DNA of 62,866 nucleotides, filler included, from Sphacelaria rigidula (GCA_964200075.2; 6 parts of 6 records of this genome joined end to end with filler, not necessarily neighbours in it); one strand, 5' to 3'; shown: positions 25,436-38,293, numbered from the whole stretch's first letter. Notes: a model not told the origin generated them from the sequence alone. Numbers and translations: made by a program.

Positions 25436-25855
25436 TGTGGATTCTCGCATATGGGGTTGAAAACACAATGAGGTTCAACTCAAAAGCCGTGCTTTCCCTG
25501 ACCTAAGCGCATAACATATGACTTTCATACGGACGATTCTATCCCTCTCGACCTCCCTAGAACTATTTCAAGGTATTTCTAGCCTTCCGTTCCCTCATGG
25601 GGTATGTACGAAAGCAAGATATTTGCCTCGATTTCGGGGTGAAAAAAGGACGCTTTTTGGCTCAAACATCTTGCTTTTGCACATGGCCTTTGAGGGAACG
25701 GAAGGCTAGGAATACCCCGAAATAGTTTTAGGGCGGTCGGGAGGGATACGGTCGTCCATATGAAAGTAATTTGTTATGACCTTGCGTCAGGGAAAGCACG
25801 GCTGTTGAGTTGAACCTCATTCTTTGTTCAACCCCATTTTCGAGGATCCACTGTT
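25436..25855. mobile_element. Fold-back MITE (AACAG...CTGTT family), copy 2
   Basis: Direct-orientation homologue of 22970-23385, with the same internal palindrome and the same right terminus CGAGGATCCACTGTT. Confidence 0.85.
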
Positions 25856-26353
25856 AGGAGCCCCTAATTCAGACAAGATTCTGCACGCGAAGTGCACCCT
25901 TACCGTAGTATTGCTCGAATGCATTTCAGATGAGGAATAAACAACTGGCGTCACATAGTCGGTGTTCCGGGAGCACGACCACCACAAACAGAACCGCCGG
26001 GCCCTTTGCTTATGTGCAGACCAAAACAGCTTCCCCGCCTATTTGCCTGTACACCATATCGGTAACCATCGACCGATCCGTACTCGAGCACATTGCACAA
26101 CGACCGATGGCGCTATTACTTGGAGGCCCATCAAGCTCACGTGAAACTGAGGGAGCTTCCGATAGTCTGCAACACTTCCTCGGCTTCGTCGCTGCTGCAG
26201 TGCGTGGGAGGACCGCGTGCTTAGGGGACCGCTCCGGAGTTTACACACCCCTATGGTTAGGGTTAGGATTAGGGTCGGGGGCGTGGTCGCTGTAGGGACT
26301 AGCCTCAATGGTTTGGAAAAACGTCGTTCCTAGCGGTGTTTTGAAGTACGATG

Positions 26354-29300
26354 TATTTGAATCTGCTCACGCTCTGTCATGAACAAGATTGATGTAGGAT
26401 AGAGTGCGGCACAAGTAGCATCAGCCATGATGCGGTTGCGGAGGATTAGGTAACCAATCAGAGGAATGATGTCTTATGACGTAGGTCATGCGAGTACAGT
26501 CAAGTGTGCAGTCCGGGCAAATGAGCGTCTGACGCCCATCCTCAGTCAGTCCTGGTTCTGGGTGCCATCTGTTTGCCTTGCTCTGGGGGTTTGCATAAGT
26601 GTATGTGGTGAGTCCGTGTGTGTGGTATTGAGCGGGAGAGATTGATGGTGTGTTATTGTGTAACAGAGTGTGAGTGGTTGAGGTACATTGGCTGAATAAG
26701 CAGAGTGTGAGAACAACATAATCAAAACGCTGTATACAGTACTACTACTGTTGTTTGGCTGAACTGGGCTACTGACTGCTGTTCACATACTTGAGTTGTG
26801 TGGACGCTTACACCCGCATCAGAGCGGTTTATTACGCTAGCGTAAGGGATATACCGTCGTTACAGCAGGGTGTGAGATTGGAGAGAGTTTGAGCAAAATG
26901 AGAGTTTGCGTTGAAGAGGTTTTGAGAGAGGTGTGTGAAGGTTTTTAGGTTTGAGTGAAGGTTGAGCAAGGTTGACAATTTGACTACGTTCTAATATGGA
27001 AGAGTATCAGCACCCCACGACTATAGAAGAGCAAGTGAGACTTCTAACTGAACAGATGAACAGAATGCAACAGATAATGAGCACCACACCGGTGATGCCT
27101 GCTAATACAGCACAGCAAGCATCGTTCCACAACCTCGATTCCCACCGTGTTCGCAGCAACAAAAGCATTCAACCTTGGGATGAAAAGTTTGGTGTGCTTT
27201 ACATCCAGATGTGTGCTTATTTCAAGGATGAAGACTGCTATGACGCTTTGTCAGTTGACAACCCCATCACAACACATCGTGAAAACGAGGAGGATTTTCG
27301 AGCACATTTCGGAAACATAGTTGTCGACAAAGCCAAAAAGGCCATGAAGATAATTTTCGATAAGGTAACCTATCCCCCCTTGGTAAGACAGATCGATATG
27401 CTTGCCAACCCAAGCCATGCATGAGATTACATCGTCAAGTGCTACAAGATTCCAGAAGCCACGGAAAAAGCCAAGTTGGAGTACGAATGGTAAACGTCAC
27501 AGAGGGCTGACGGTGAATTGCCGATGAACTTTCTCTCGCGGGCACAATTCATTTGCACGAAGCTCAAATGATTCAATGTAGTTATCTCGGACTCTGAGGT
27601 GAACTGGCATATTGTGCGATGCATTTCATCAGAATACGAGCATGAACGTAGGAATTTATGAGCACTACGTGAGATGAGCATAGAAGAGGTCACCCGCCAA
27701 CTAGAAAATACGAATGCTGAAGCACAATTGTCAAGAGAGAGGCAAAAGACAACCTTGAACCATGCACTTTCGGCCTCGAACACGTATGGTGGAAGGGGTC
27801 ATGGCTCATCAGGCGGAAGGCAGAAGGGGGGGGACCGAAGATCCCACAATGCCCAAAATCAATACAACTACCACAACATCCCTCCAAACCGTACCAATTC
27901 CCCACAGCAATTCAGCTTCCTTTCCAATCATGGCCCACAGCAACACTTCAGCGGTGGTCATGGTGGTCGAGGGGGGTGGTATTCCCCGAGACGACAGCCA
28001 TGGCGACCACACAGTCCGTAGAACCGGTCGGGACCTGGCCGTGGTGTGGTACACCAACCCAATCAACGAACCTACCAAATTCGTTGTCCATTTAACTGTC
28101 CTACCTGCCCTCCTCGCCAGCACCACGCGCAGCATTACAACGCCCAGCATCACCACACCCAGCAACACCAACCAACATAGACAGGCCCAGATCATCACCG
28201 TTCCTTAGGTAATGAGGGCCCAATACATCACCAAAAACAGTCCAACCACACAACCACCCATACATCATCACAATCCCATTACCCGCATCCACAACACCAA
28301 ATCCATAACCATCCGCCACAAGCCAACACCGTTCAGCAGACTGATCCCGCCCACCAGCACCATGAGAGCATTGATAACTTTGTCTATGAGGACGATGCTT
28401 TCAACGATGCCGGTTTTGCACACACAGTACAGTGCCATACCTCTCAATACCAACTGCAGCCGCAACCTACCACCATCACCGAACATCTCCCCAGCTACCC
28501 ATCACAACATCCACCGCCAGACCAATCCCACCATGATCCTTCCTCCGCTGCACAACCCCCATCACACTCGTCACTCTACCACGAGTCATCCGACCAATAT
28601 TCCCATCCGGTGAACCCCCACCAAACTTGAACTGCAGAGCTTCCGCGCGCTGATAACCCTGGTGATAATGTGTACATGGCGCTTTCTGCCGCACCAGAAA
28701 TATCAGTTTTCAGTTTGGGTAATTTCGATGTGGAGGGTAGGATGTTGCATCAGATGAAATCTCCGCCCCTTTTTGATTCAGAAATATGGATTGCAGACTC
28801 AGGTACATCGCACCACATTACGGGCAACATGACCGACGTTTTCGATACTCGTCCTCCACCAGTGGGGGAAGAGAATGTTATTCTAGGGGATGGTAAAGTG
28901 CTACCGGTGCAGGCTGTAGGGAGTCTCAAGTTGATATTTCATCAAGCACGTGCGAACAACTCTGCCCATGTTGATGCAGTGTGTGTGCTGCTGACGGATG
29001 TGTATGGTTTGGAGGGAATTCAGTTCAATCTATTCTCTATCCACAGGGCTCAAAAGAGTCAACAAGTCATCTGTGATAAGGCAGGTGTGCATCTATTCGA
29101 CCGCAGACTACGTTTCGACTACAACGACCGTTCATCATCACAATTTGCCACACGCCTGGAATCAACCTGCGGACAGCTTCTAGCAGTCACTCCTGTTGTC
29201 GTCACTGAGAGTGACACTATATCCATCCCACAACAAGCTAGTGTCAGGAAGATTCCCCCGGATTTTGCTCCTGATCAACAGCGAGTTGGTGTCAGCGAGA

Positions 29301-31313
29301 TTCCCCCGGATTTTGATTCTGCTCCCGAACGAGCTAGTGCTCGTGGGTTTCCCCCAGATATTGCGTCTGTTCAACAGCGAATCAATGTCGGTAAGATTCC
29401 CTCTGATACTGTTTCCATTACACAACGAGTGATTGTCAGTTAGTTTCCCCTGGCTCCGGATTCCACATCACAGCGAGGGAGTGTCGGTAAATTCCCCCCG
29501 AATTCTGCTTTTCCTCCCCGGGCTGTGAGTGTACTCGGTTTTCAAGTGTTGGGGATTTGAATGAGGGGGAGAGAAGGTACATGACACTGGCACCCAACCA
29601 ACAACTCTACACGGACGGTCAACCACAACGAGAAATGGACATCACTAGCAGCATCGCGTGGACGGTGACTCGTCATCAATTTCCCACAGCGGCGTCGCTC
29701 GACGGCAGGGAGGGGGGGGGCAACATTGATCGCGTCGCCAACGCCGCCGGTATACCGACACTGTCGTCACCCTTCCCCTATGCCACATCACCACCATTAC
29801 CACCTACTACCACAGCTACACTTCCTACTCATGCACCTACAATTCCGCGGTTGATTCCCGCTCCAACAGTCCCGCAGTTGCATCACACGCGACAACCATC
29901 TTCATTCCCAGTCCCTTTGTCATCGCCGGCAACATCGCAGTCGCCGCCAATACCACCTCCTCTGCCAACAACATCGCCAACAAGTTAACAACAACCGCTG
30001 CCGCTGCCGCTACCACCGACTCTGTCAGCGAAATCTTTTCACGCATGGCGCGGTGTCGGTCATATTTGAAAGGGGGGCGCATGGGGACTCACATGTAGTT
30101 GAGTACGGACAGTCAAGGAAGCGCGGGGGGCAAGAAAGCAGGGGGGCACAAAAATGACATGGAAATACGGAGAAGCGTATTGATTGGAATGGAACGCGAA
30201 GATGGATTCGAGGCTTTTGATCAGAGGAGGAACGCAGAGGTCGGAGAAATATGTTGACATCTCAAGCTCATCAGTAGGTTTATACTTTGCATGCTTTTTG
30301 TTCGAGGTTTGACCCCTATCGGTTATGTGAGGATGCATTTATGCAACTACTCCCTAGCAGTGATGATTTATGTGATAGGACATCAGACTTACCATAGTTG
30401 ATTATTGGCATGCTTCACTGGGCATTTGAGAATTTGTTGAGGATCGTTTTGCGTGGAAGAACTGGCGTAGATCTATAATTTTTTAGCATTCAGGCTCGAG
30501 GCTTTTATTTTACCTATAAACCTCGGCCAGATAATTTTGAACTTTATCGTATGTTCGATCGTAGTTCCGTTCGAGTTTGATCGGATAAACCTCAGTTTCT
30601 AGTATCACCGAGATGCCAACATAGCTTGATTTATTTATTTGTCTGCATTCAACTTGTGGAAAGAGTGCAAATGTTTTGAAAGAAGCGCTATGGCCACGAA
30701 AACAAGGGAGGCGGGGGTATTTGATAACATGAACCCTTTTTGCATGGAATATATTCCCGCGAAGGGGAGAGTGATATAAGTTTTTGGGGGGATAAAATAT
30801 TCGAGGTACTATTTTTTTGGTTAAACTCAGTTTTTATATATAATATTTTTGGATTTTGAGTTTGACTTAATATAAGCGATGTAGGTTTTTGGGGGCATAA
30901 AATATTGAGACTATTTTCTGGGTAAATTGTGCTTGTTATATTCTATACTAGTGGAGTCTGAGCACGGCTTGAGATATTTTCATTTTTGTATCGGGTTGTT
31001 AATTTTCCATGCCGGTTTTCAACGGTATAGGTTTTCAATTCAGGACTGAGCTGTGAACAGGGGGGCTAACTGAATATGCTCACGCTCTGTCATGAACAAG
31101 ATTGATGTAGGATAGAGTGCGGCACAAGTAGCATCAGCCATGATGCGGTTGCGGAGGATTAGGTAACCAATCAGAGGAATGATGTCTTATGACAAAGGTC
31201 ACACGAGTACCGTCAAGTGTGCAGTCCGGGCAAATAAGCGTCTGACGCCCATCCTCAGTCAGTCCTGGTTCTGGGTGCCATCTGTCTGCCTTGCTCTGGG
31301 GGTTTGCATAAGT
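26354..31313 (+). mobile_element. Non-autonomous Ty1/copia-type LTR retrotransposon (gag + protease only)
   Basis: 247-bp direct repeats at 26354-26600 and 31067-31313 differ at about 10 positions by manual count. A polypurine tract GAACAGGGGGG lies just upstream of the 3' LTR. The internal frame has the copia protease motif WIADSGTSHH and NLFSI. I saw no integrase, RT or RNase H, and no clear PBS or TSD. Confidence 0.85.
26996..29560 (+). pseudogene. Copia gag-protease polyprotein pseudogene
   Basis: One frame runs from ATG 26996 through a gag-like helical region, a degenerate knuckle CPTC-x4-H-x4-Y (28097-28138), a Q/H/P-rich linker and the aspartic protease (DSG). In-frame stops lie at 27422, 27491, 27569, 27659, 28019, 28178, 28628 and 29441. 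Confidence 0.8.
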
Positions 31314-31487
31314 AGCAGACTTGCCAGAAAAATGAGAACGTATTTTGAAATGAGAATCAACCGCTTCCCGGGATTGTGTCCATTTTTNNNNNNNNNNNNN
31401 NNNNNNNNNNNNNNNNNNNNNNNNNNNNNNNTTAATTAATTAANNNNNNNNNNNNNNNNNNNNNNNNNNNNNNNNNNNNNNNNNNNN

Positions 31488-31725
31488 CCGGGACGGAGCA
31501 CGCCGGGTTCTCGCCGGACCAGGCTAAAGGGGAGGGGGGGGGGGGGGGGGGGGGCCGACTTTGTTGGCTGGCTTGGGGGTTTGACCGGTGCGCCCGCTTC
31601 CCTTTCGGGACGGAGCGGAGGGGGGGCGGGGGGGGGGAGGGGTACTCATTTGTTGCTTGCCTTAGTGGTTTGACCGTTGACCACGCATCCCTTTCGAGAC
31701 GGAGACGAGTGGGGGAGGGGTGGGG
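31488..31725 (-). mobile_element. Tandem degenerate copies of a LINE/SINE-like 3' end with poly-C tails
   Basis: GGGGTACTCATTTGTTGCTTGCCTTAGTGGTTTGACC closely matches the reverse complement of the motif at 52304-52340. Further copies lie at ~34195-34262 and ~35570-35650. Confidence 0.6.
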
Positions 31726-32403
31726 GAGCTCATTGAAAGTATGACGGGAGAAATGCGTGCTTCACTTGAATCCCCCGTACGTACGTCTGTGAATCAGGGA
31801 GTCGATTCCGCAGCTTGATCAATGACTGACGGCACTACTCATTCAACGAAGATCGGAAAAACGTCTCTCCGTCAAATGGGGGTATAAAATGAAGAATTCA
31901 TGACATGAATGAATGAATGAATGAATGAATGAATGAATGAAGTACTTGTGTACTCTTTCAGCACGCTTCTGTTTTCTTCACCGCGAAGCAAGTAACGTGT
32001 CAATAATTTGGTACCGAAACGTCGAGTTGGGTATTTAGTCCTTCACAACTACAACGTGACGCGTATTTTTTTTGAGAAGGCTTCCAATGGGTCTTCGCGA
32101 TCGAAGGATTTTTCAGAAGCGAGCAGCACAAGTCTGCCACGTCAAACACAAAGGACTGACTCCTCGGGCATATGTGTGTGCATGTGTTTTCGGACACATC
32201 TTGACACATAAATGTTCGTAGAATAGTTACAGGTATCGGATGATTGTATTTATATATATATATTCATATGAACACGATCCGCTGCTCGGTCTGCGCTATC
32301 ACGTGTTGTAAAAACGATCGATATATCTCGACCCCCTCAAACCTGAAATGCTGTCGACATTCACCACGAGTACGACATTTTCAATTGTCAGGATTGACCT
32401 CAC

Positions 32404-32409
32404 TTGTTG

Positions 32410-32473
<64 letters not shown>

Positions 32474-32484
32474 TACTACTATTA
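32404..32484. repeat. (TTG)n(TTA)n(CTA)n microsatellite in an intron of the HlyIII gene
   Basis: Directly visible run; it is the source of the poly-I and poly-L ORFs. Confidence 0.95.
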
Positions 32485-32601
32485 CCTGTAACCACGATGT
32501 TTGTTTCGATGAACGTTTTTCCGGCCCTGCCCACCTCTTTCTCTCCGCGTCATGTGCCCCTTTCTCCCCTTTTCTTTCTTATCCATATTATTTCTCATCA
32601 G

Positions 32602-35600
32602 GCGGTGGGGCAGCATATGTAGTAGGCGTGATCTTCTTCATACTGGGGGAAAAGGTGAGGAGAGTGTTTTTGCGCAAGAGGGATGGAATCATGGGAGTCT
32701 GGGATTTTTTTAACCCTCCAACATGTGACAAAAGGTCGGCCACTTTTTTTTTTTTCCCGTTGCCTTTTGTTTAATCAGGTCTATTCTGTTTTGTTCTACA
32801 TTTTTTGTTTTCTCCTTTTTTCTTCACAGAGGGTTTCCGTTTTGTTTTGTCTTGGGTATATTACGTCTATCATTTGACCACGGCTGGATCATGACTCCTG
32901 AGGGGCACTTAATGTGCGACAGTCAATCAAATCAATTCACCATCAATCGTGTTCCTGTAGTTGAGCACCACTTCTGTATCATAACTATGCGGTGAGGTTT
33001 TTGAAGTGCAGTGTCATGTGTAAATGGGAGCCTCGGTTGTATTTCAAGCCAGATTGGTGCAATCGTATTGCTTCGAGAAAAGCCTTTTGGCGAGCAGGCA
33101 GCCTGTGCCGTTTGTGTGGATATAAGGAGCCTTGATTGTATTTTGTGTCGACATGCACCCAAGTCGTGGTTGTTATTTCGACAAGAAGTTCACACGTCGA
33201 ACGGCTCATGAGCTACCTCAAAAGTACTTGTTTATTAGTGTACTGATACAGATGATGAGCTAGCTCATTTGGCTCCCTTTTCCATGTCTGTTCCGTACAG
33301 CGCTGGGCGGCGAACACGCGGATTATCGCAAAGGTTGCGCTTTGGCTCCTCGGATCCAGCTGTCACATACTGTATTTCGTTTGGACAAGGGATCTAAGGT
33401 TTCCTCTTCGATTAGTTATGTTCGGTAGATCATGAGCCGTACAAGGTAAAGAAATGGATGACACCTTCGACCAACGCATATGCCACCTGTCACTCTTGTC
33501 TATTGAGAAACCCTATATTCCACAGCTAGGTGGGCCAGGAAACGTACCCCGGTGGGACTCCCTCCGAGTACCCAGTATAGTCGGGTGGGTATCGGGGGCT
33601 ATTGACTGCCGAAAATGTCGACTATTCCGGGACACTTACATGATACTACCCGTACTATGTACAAAGCCAAAAACATTGTGTTTGTGTGGGCGGTACGGAT
33701 GCCGTCGATTTATGGAGCAGATACGATACACCTTATCGTATCGCTAGTTTGCTGTCGCCACCTATAACAGTAGGATATATATATATAGATATATAGATAT
33801 AGATAGATAGATGTAGATATATAGGCCCTTGTGCAATGAGGTGTGATTTCAGTAGGATGGAGCTTGCGCCCTCGCCTGGCGCCTCAAGGCACCACCAAGC
33901 GACATTTTCGCCACACATCGGCACCTCGACTGCGCCCACCTGCGTACTGTCAAACCCTACCGATACGATACGGATACTTACGAGATACCACTATCCATAT
34001 CCGTACCCCCACCGTACGCTACGCGCCTTTGATTCAGTTTCATTTATCCACGTAATTTATCCTTGATCGAATAGTCCTGGCGAGTGTAACCATTTTCGGA
34101 ACACCCCCCCCCCCTCCTATATTTTTCAAAAGTCATTTTCGGAGCTTAGATGTCTACACGTACAACATAGAATCATTGACCGATGCACGCTCTCCAAAGG
34201 GATGCGTGGTCAAATGGTCAAAGGACTGAGGCGAACAACAGTAAGTCCCCCCCCCTCCCCCTCCTGTACTAAAGTCATTTTGAGAGCTTGGATGTCTGCA
34301 CTGACAAAAGAAAACCATCGACCGATGCGCGGTGTTACACTAATCCCCTGAACCGATGTAGCCGTGGCTAGTGCTAGTTACAGAGCAATACCATACGTAA
34401 CGCAGTCACGAGGTCACGGCCTGTGGGATGAGAGCGCCAGGCGAGTGTCTGACTCAGCAAGCTCAGCAAAGTGATTCATCGCCACATTTATTTCTCACTG
34501 CTGCAGTTTTTCTTTTCTGCCTCAGCGTCTCAAGCTTAAACCCATGGGTTCAACATGAACACACTCGGTTCTACACTAGTTTGGAGAACCGACGACAGGA
34601 TCCTTGGGGGGGACGGGGACGTGGACGGGAATGGGGAAGGGGGATGGCCCTTCGTTGCCAAACCATCCTCGCACGTGTGCGCGCTACTTGTTTGTGCTCA
34701 ACGTCGGTGCTGAGCTCTGACACGTACATTTTCTCCTGCGGCATCCTTTCCAATCTCCCCCTTCCCTTCCATTTGTATCCGAAAAGTTTTGCTCTGCCTT
34801 GGGTGGCGGGTCTGAGTTACGTACGGTCAGGCTTAGCTCACTCATGAGCGTCAATCTAGGGCTACCTAATACTAATTGCGCGGTGGTGGTGGAGTGTACA
34901 AAGCCCTTAAAACACGCCTCTTGCGGGACTAACTGCATGGACACTGTGATGCCTAGAGATAAGATACTGGGGCTCCAAGTAGGTCTACCAGTAGCTTTCA
35001 ATCTAATGAGGAGGACATGTTATTCACACTCACCAACATCAGGTCACTACTCCCCACGCATTCAGTATGTACTGTAAATGCTCGTCAAATCATTCGTCCG
35101 GGGGGGGAAAAATATGATTGTTGGTCCCCTAGCGTACTGCAATACGTAACGCACCTCTTAGGTATATAACATGCTCTGAAGTTCGTGTCCAGGGGCTGCT
35201 TGTTCTTATTTTCTTGCTACATTGTGCATCTGCATCTGCATGTGCCCCGACCGCGTCCAAAATGACATGATTTGACACACTCCCTGTCCTTAGTTTGCAG
35301 TTGTTTTGTTGTTAGCATTAACTTAAACAACACGCTCATGTTGAATCCCCCCCCCCCCTCCGCGCTCTGTGGAGCTGATGGGTGATTGTACGAAACGTCG
35401 TTGCTTGTCTACCTACTCCCCCCTCCGCCATCCCTACCCCCGACCTGTGCCGTTTATGAGTACCATAAATGGGATACTTGATACTATTGCAGTAAATAGC
35501 GTATCAAATATAATCCCCCGGAAATAAACATTTATACACACAGAGAGACGCAGGGGTGGCGGAGGGGAGGTGGGTGGGGAGGGCATACTCATGTGTTGCT

Positions 35601-36007
35601 TGCCTTAGTTGTTTGACCATTGACCACGCAGCCCTTTCAAGACGGAGCAGGAGGGGGGCAGAAGACATTTTTTGTACATCTTCCTCCCCGCCAACAAGGG
35701 CTACATGGGTGAATGATTACTTTGGTCGTTCATTTCGGAAAGTAATGCTGAAATTTCTGAGTTCCTACGCAATGGTACAAACTTGATACGCACCCGTTCT
35801 CTCGCCGCCTTTTCGCCGTTTTGTGTGCCCTTGCGTGTGTGTGCCGCTGTATCAATTTCGCGATTTTCTGCGGAAAAATAAAAGGTGCCCGCATTCCACA
35901 TTGTGTGGCACGTGTTTGTCATGGTGGCCAGCCTATTTCACTGGTTTGCCGTCTACCGCTACACGGTGCACAACGATGTGCCACGCATGCCGCCGCTACT
36001 CGCATGA
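32602..36007 (+). CDS. Haemolysin-III / PAQR-family membrane protein, last two exons (5' part off-contig)
   Basis: Exon 32602-32654 (pyrimidine tract + CAG; GGGAAYVVGVIFFILGEK; donor GTGAGG) joins in phase 0 to exon 35885-36007 (VPAFHIVWHVFVMVASLFHWFAVYRYTVHNDVPRMPPLLA*). The join gives the HlyIII C-terminal signature GGxxYxxGxxF...HxxWHxFV...H. Confidence 0.85.
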
Positions 36008-37855
36008 TACGGATGCTGAGTAAAAATAGTGCCGTAATGACTCATGTGTCTCCTCCACATGATATTCCGATGCGAAGACTTAATTTGTGGTGGTAGTTGG
36101 TGCCTGTGCATTGGGACGGTTACGGGACGGTCAGATCACTTTTTAGCTATATGCGAGAATGCCAGGAAATAGGAATATGACGAAGGAGAGTACTCAGATA
36201 CGCAAATAGTCCAATAGGAACAAGTCATCGTGGTAGGGTACTCGACTCTCTGGAGAGACATCCTGATGGAGAAATATGGTGGAACGTCTCTCACGTACCA
36301 TCACATATTCCATGTGTACATGCTTGATGTGACCAACTTGCCTCAGTACATATTTATGATTATGGTTATGATTATGAGTTGCCGGGTACGAACGAGCTAA
36401 TGCCACGGGACGGCTCAACGTTCGGGTAAGCAGATAGCGCGAACACTTGAAAACCTCTCAGTTGGCGTGCTCGAGTTCTCAATACCTCTGTGGGCTGGCT
36501 ACCAACAACCAAGCACTATATAGATTATTGTGTAGGGTTCTTGATCAGGCATCGCATTTCGTGCTTGGGATCTTAAACTTGGAAAACTTTGAGGTTGAAG
36601 TTCTTAACTGACACGTTCTCGAGTCTTGGCGGCACATGTACTTGCGACACGTGTTTTCGTCACCAGTTCGGAACAGTTTCGGCGCGAGCGGGTCTTACCG
36701 GCGCTGGGTTATCCTAGCTCGTAGTTGGGGGGTAAACAAGCGCTCTGCGGTACGGGACGGTAGGGTGTATTTTCCTAGTTAATTTGTATATTTTGTGTCC
36801 CTGGTAAAGCTCTTACAGTTTGCTGTTGTGGTGTGTGATGTTTCTTATGGGAATCGTTGACGTGTGTTTCATGATTTCCGCGTGGTGTTGGTTGTAAAAG
36901 TCTGTTGTGGAGCTATGTCCTCTGTTTCGATGGCGAGGAACGAGGAGGGAGGAAGATGTATCTACGGAAATATTTGACACACGTCGCGGGCGCGAGCGAG
37001 TTACTATACGCACTCGCGGAGATCTTGGATGGTTTATTTACACACTGTAGTACATACACGCTGGTGAGATTGGGAGTTGGGGGGGGAACGTGGATGAGGT
37101 GGGGAATAATTCCCGAACTCGCCCATCTGAGTGTCACGAACATATTTTTTTCTATTTTGTTTCAATATCTTTCTCCTCCATAGTTTCAGTATTTAGTGTA
37201 GGGATGTGTGGTATGTCCCAAGTAGTTTAGGGAGGAGGACGGGAGATATGGCTATGTACGTTGACGTTTTTGTGTTGTCGCGTCTCCGGCGGGTGTATAG
37301 AAAATGATGTGTGTGAAGCAATACGACGATGAATGCATTTCTTGTGTCGTTTGTTTTGGTGGCGTCGAGCGAAGTCTGTGTTGTTTCCGGCAGTTCTGCT
37401 TTCGCACACCGATACTGTCAGTGCGACAAATGTCTGCATTGCATTGCACAGTGCTTTCCGATTTTGGCGTAGCGTGTTGAAGAAGTAGAAGCCCATCTGG
37501 GATGCCCGCACACAGGACCAATAATGAAGGACCCACGGCTTGCTCGACGAGTTGACTCGGCTGCCGCATGTTTGACCCAACGAGTGTCCATTCGACGCGT
37601 TCTCGGGAGAAATGTGTGGAGCATTTTTCTCTGCTATTTCGGCGGAAGATCACGGGCGGCTAAGGGATCAGCATTAAGTCCCGAAGGTGTTCTCCCTCCA
37701 CTTATTTATATATATACAATGTAACATGTGCGTGTGGGTGTATGCCCAGGGTTGACAGATACAGCAGAGCGTGAAATGCCGCACCACGGAAAAGTCAAAT
37801 GCGTTTTGTGCGCGTTAGCCCTTAGTGTTGTTCTCACTCTGTAGAGTAAGGTATT

Positions 37856-38293
37856 GACAGCCGATCATCGAAATTGGGGATGGAGCTTTTCATTGAAGAT
37901 GAGAACGCAGAGAATTAAAATTTTCGTATCCACACCAAATCTTCGAAATATGACTTTATTCCTTCACTTACTGGTAGCTATCGACCATTGCTACACGCTC
38001 TATAAAACTTGGATTTTGATAGCCGAAATATAGGGGTCCTAAATGTAGGAACACTTTTAGGGGGCTTGAGGTGATCCAACTGGATTGCCGAAATTCCCCG
38101 AAATTGTTTTTTCGCCTAGGATCCCAACATTTTGGTTATCGAAACCCAATTTTGTACGACGTGTAGTATTTGTCAATAGCTGCTAAAAGGGTGAAAAAAT
38201 GAAACCATATATTTCGAAGATGCGGTGTGGATACGAAGATTTCAATCCTCCGGCTTCTCATCCTCAATGGAAAGCTCCAGATGATCGGCTGTT
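37856..38293. mobile_element. MITE with long TIRs (ACAGCCGATCATC...GATGATCGGCTGT), related to the AACAG family
   Basis: About 100-bp imperfect inverted arms with flanks TATT/TATT (4-bp TSD). Left-end copies also start at ~41812 and ~62796, both cut by contig ends. Confidence 0.75.

Noticed and set aside
26254-26280. TTAGGG-like telomeric motifs (also ~3205-3223 and ~22848-22871)
   Set aside because: Only 2-4 degenerate units, internal to contigs; not a telomere.
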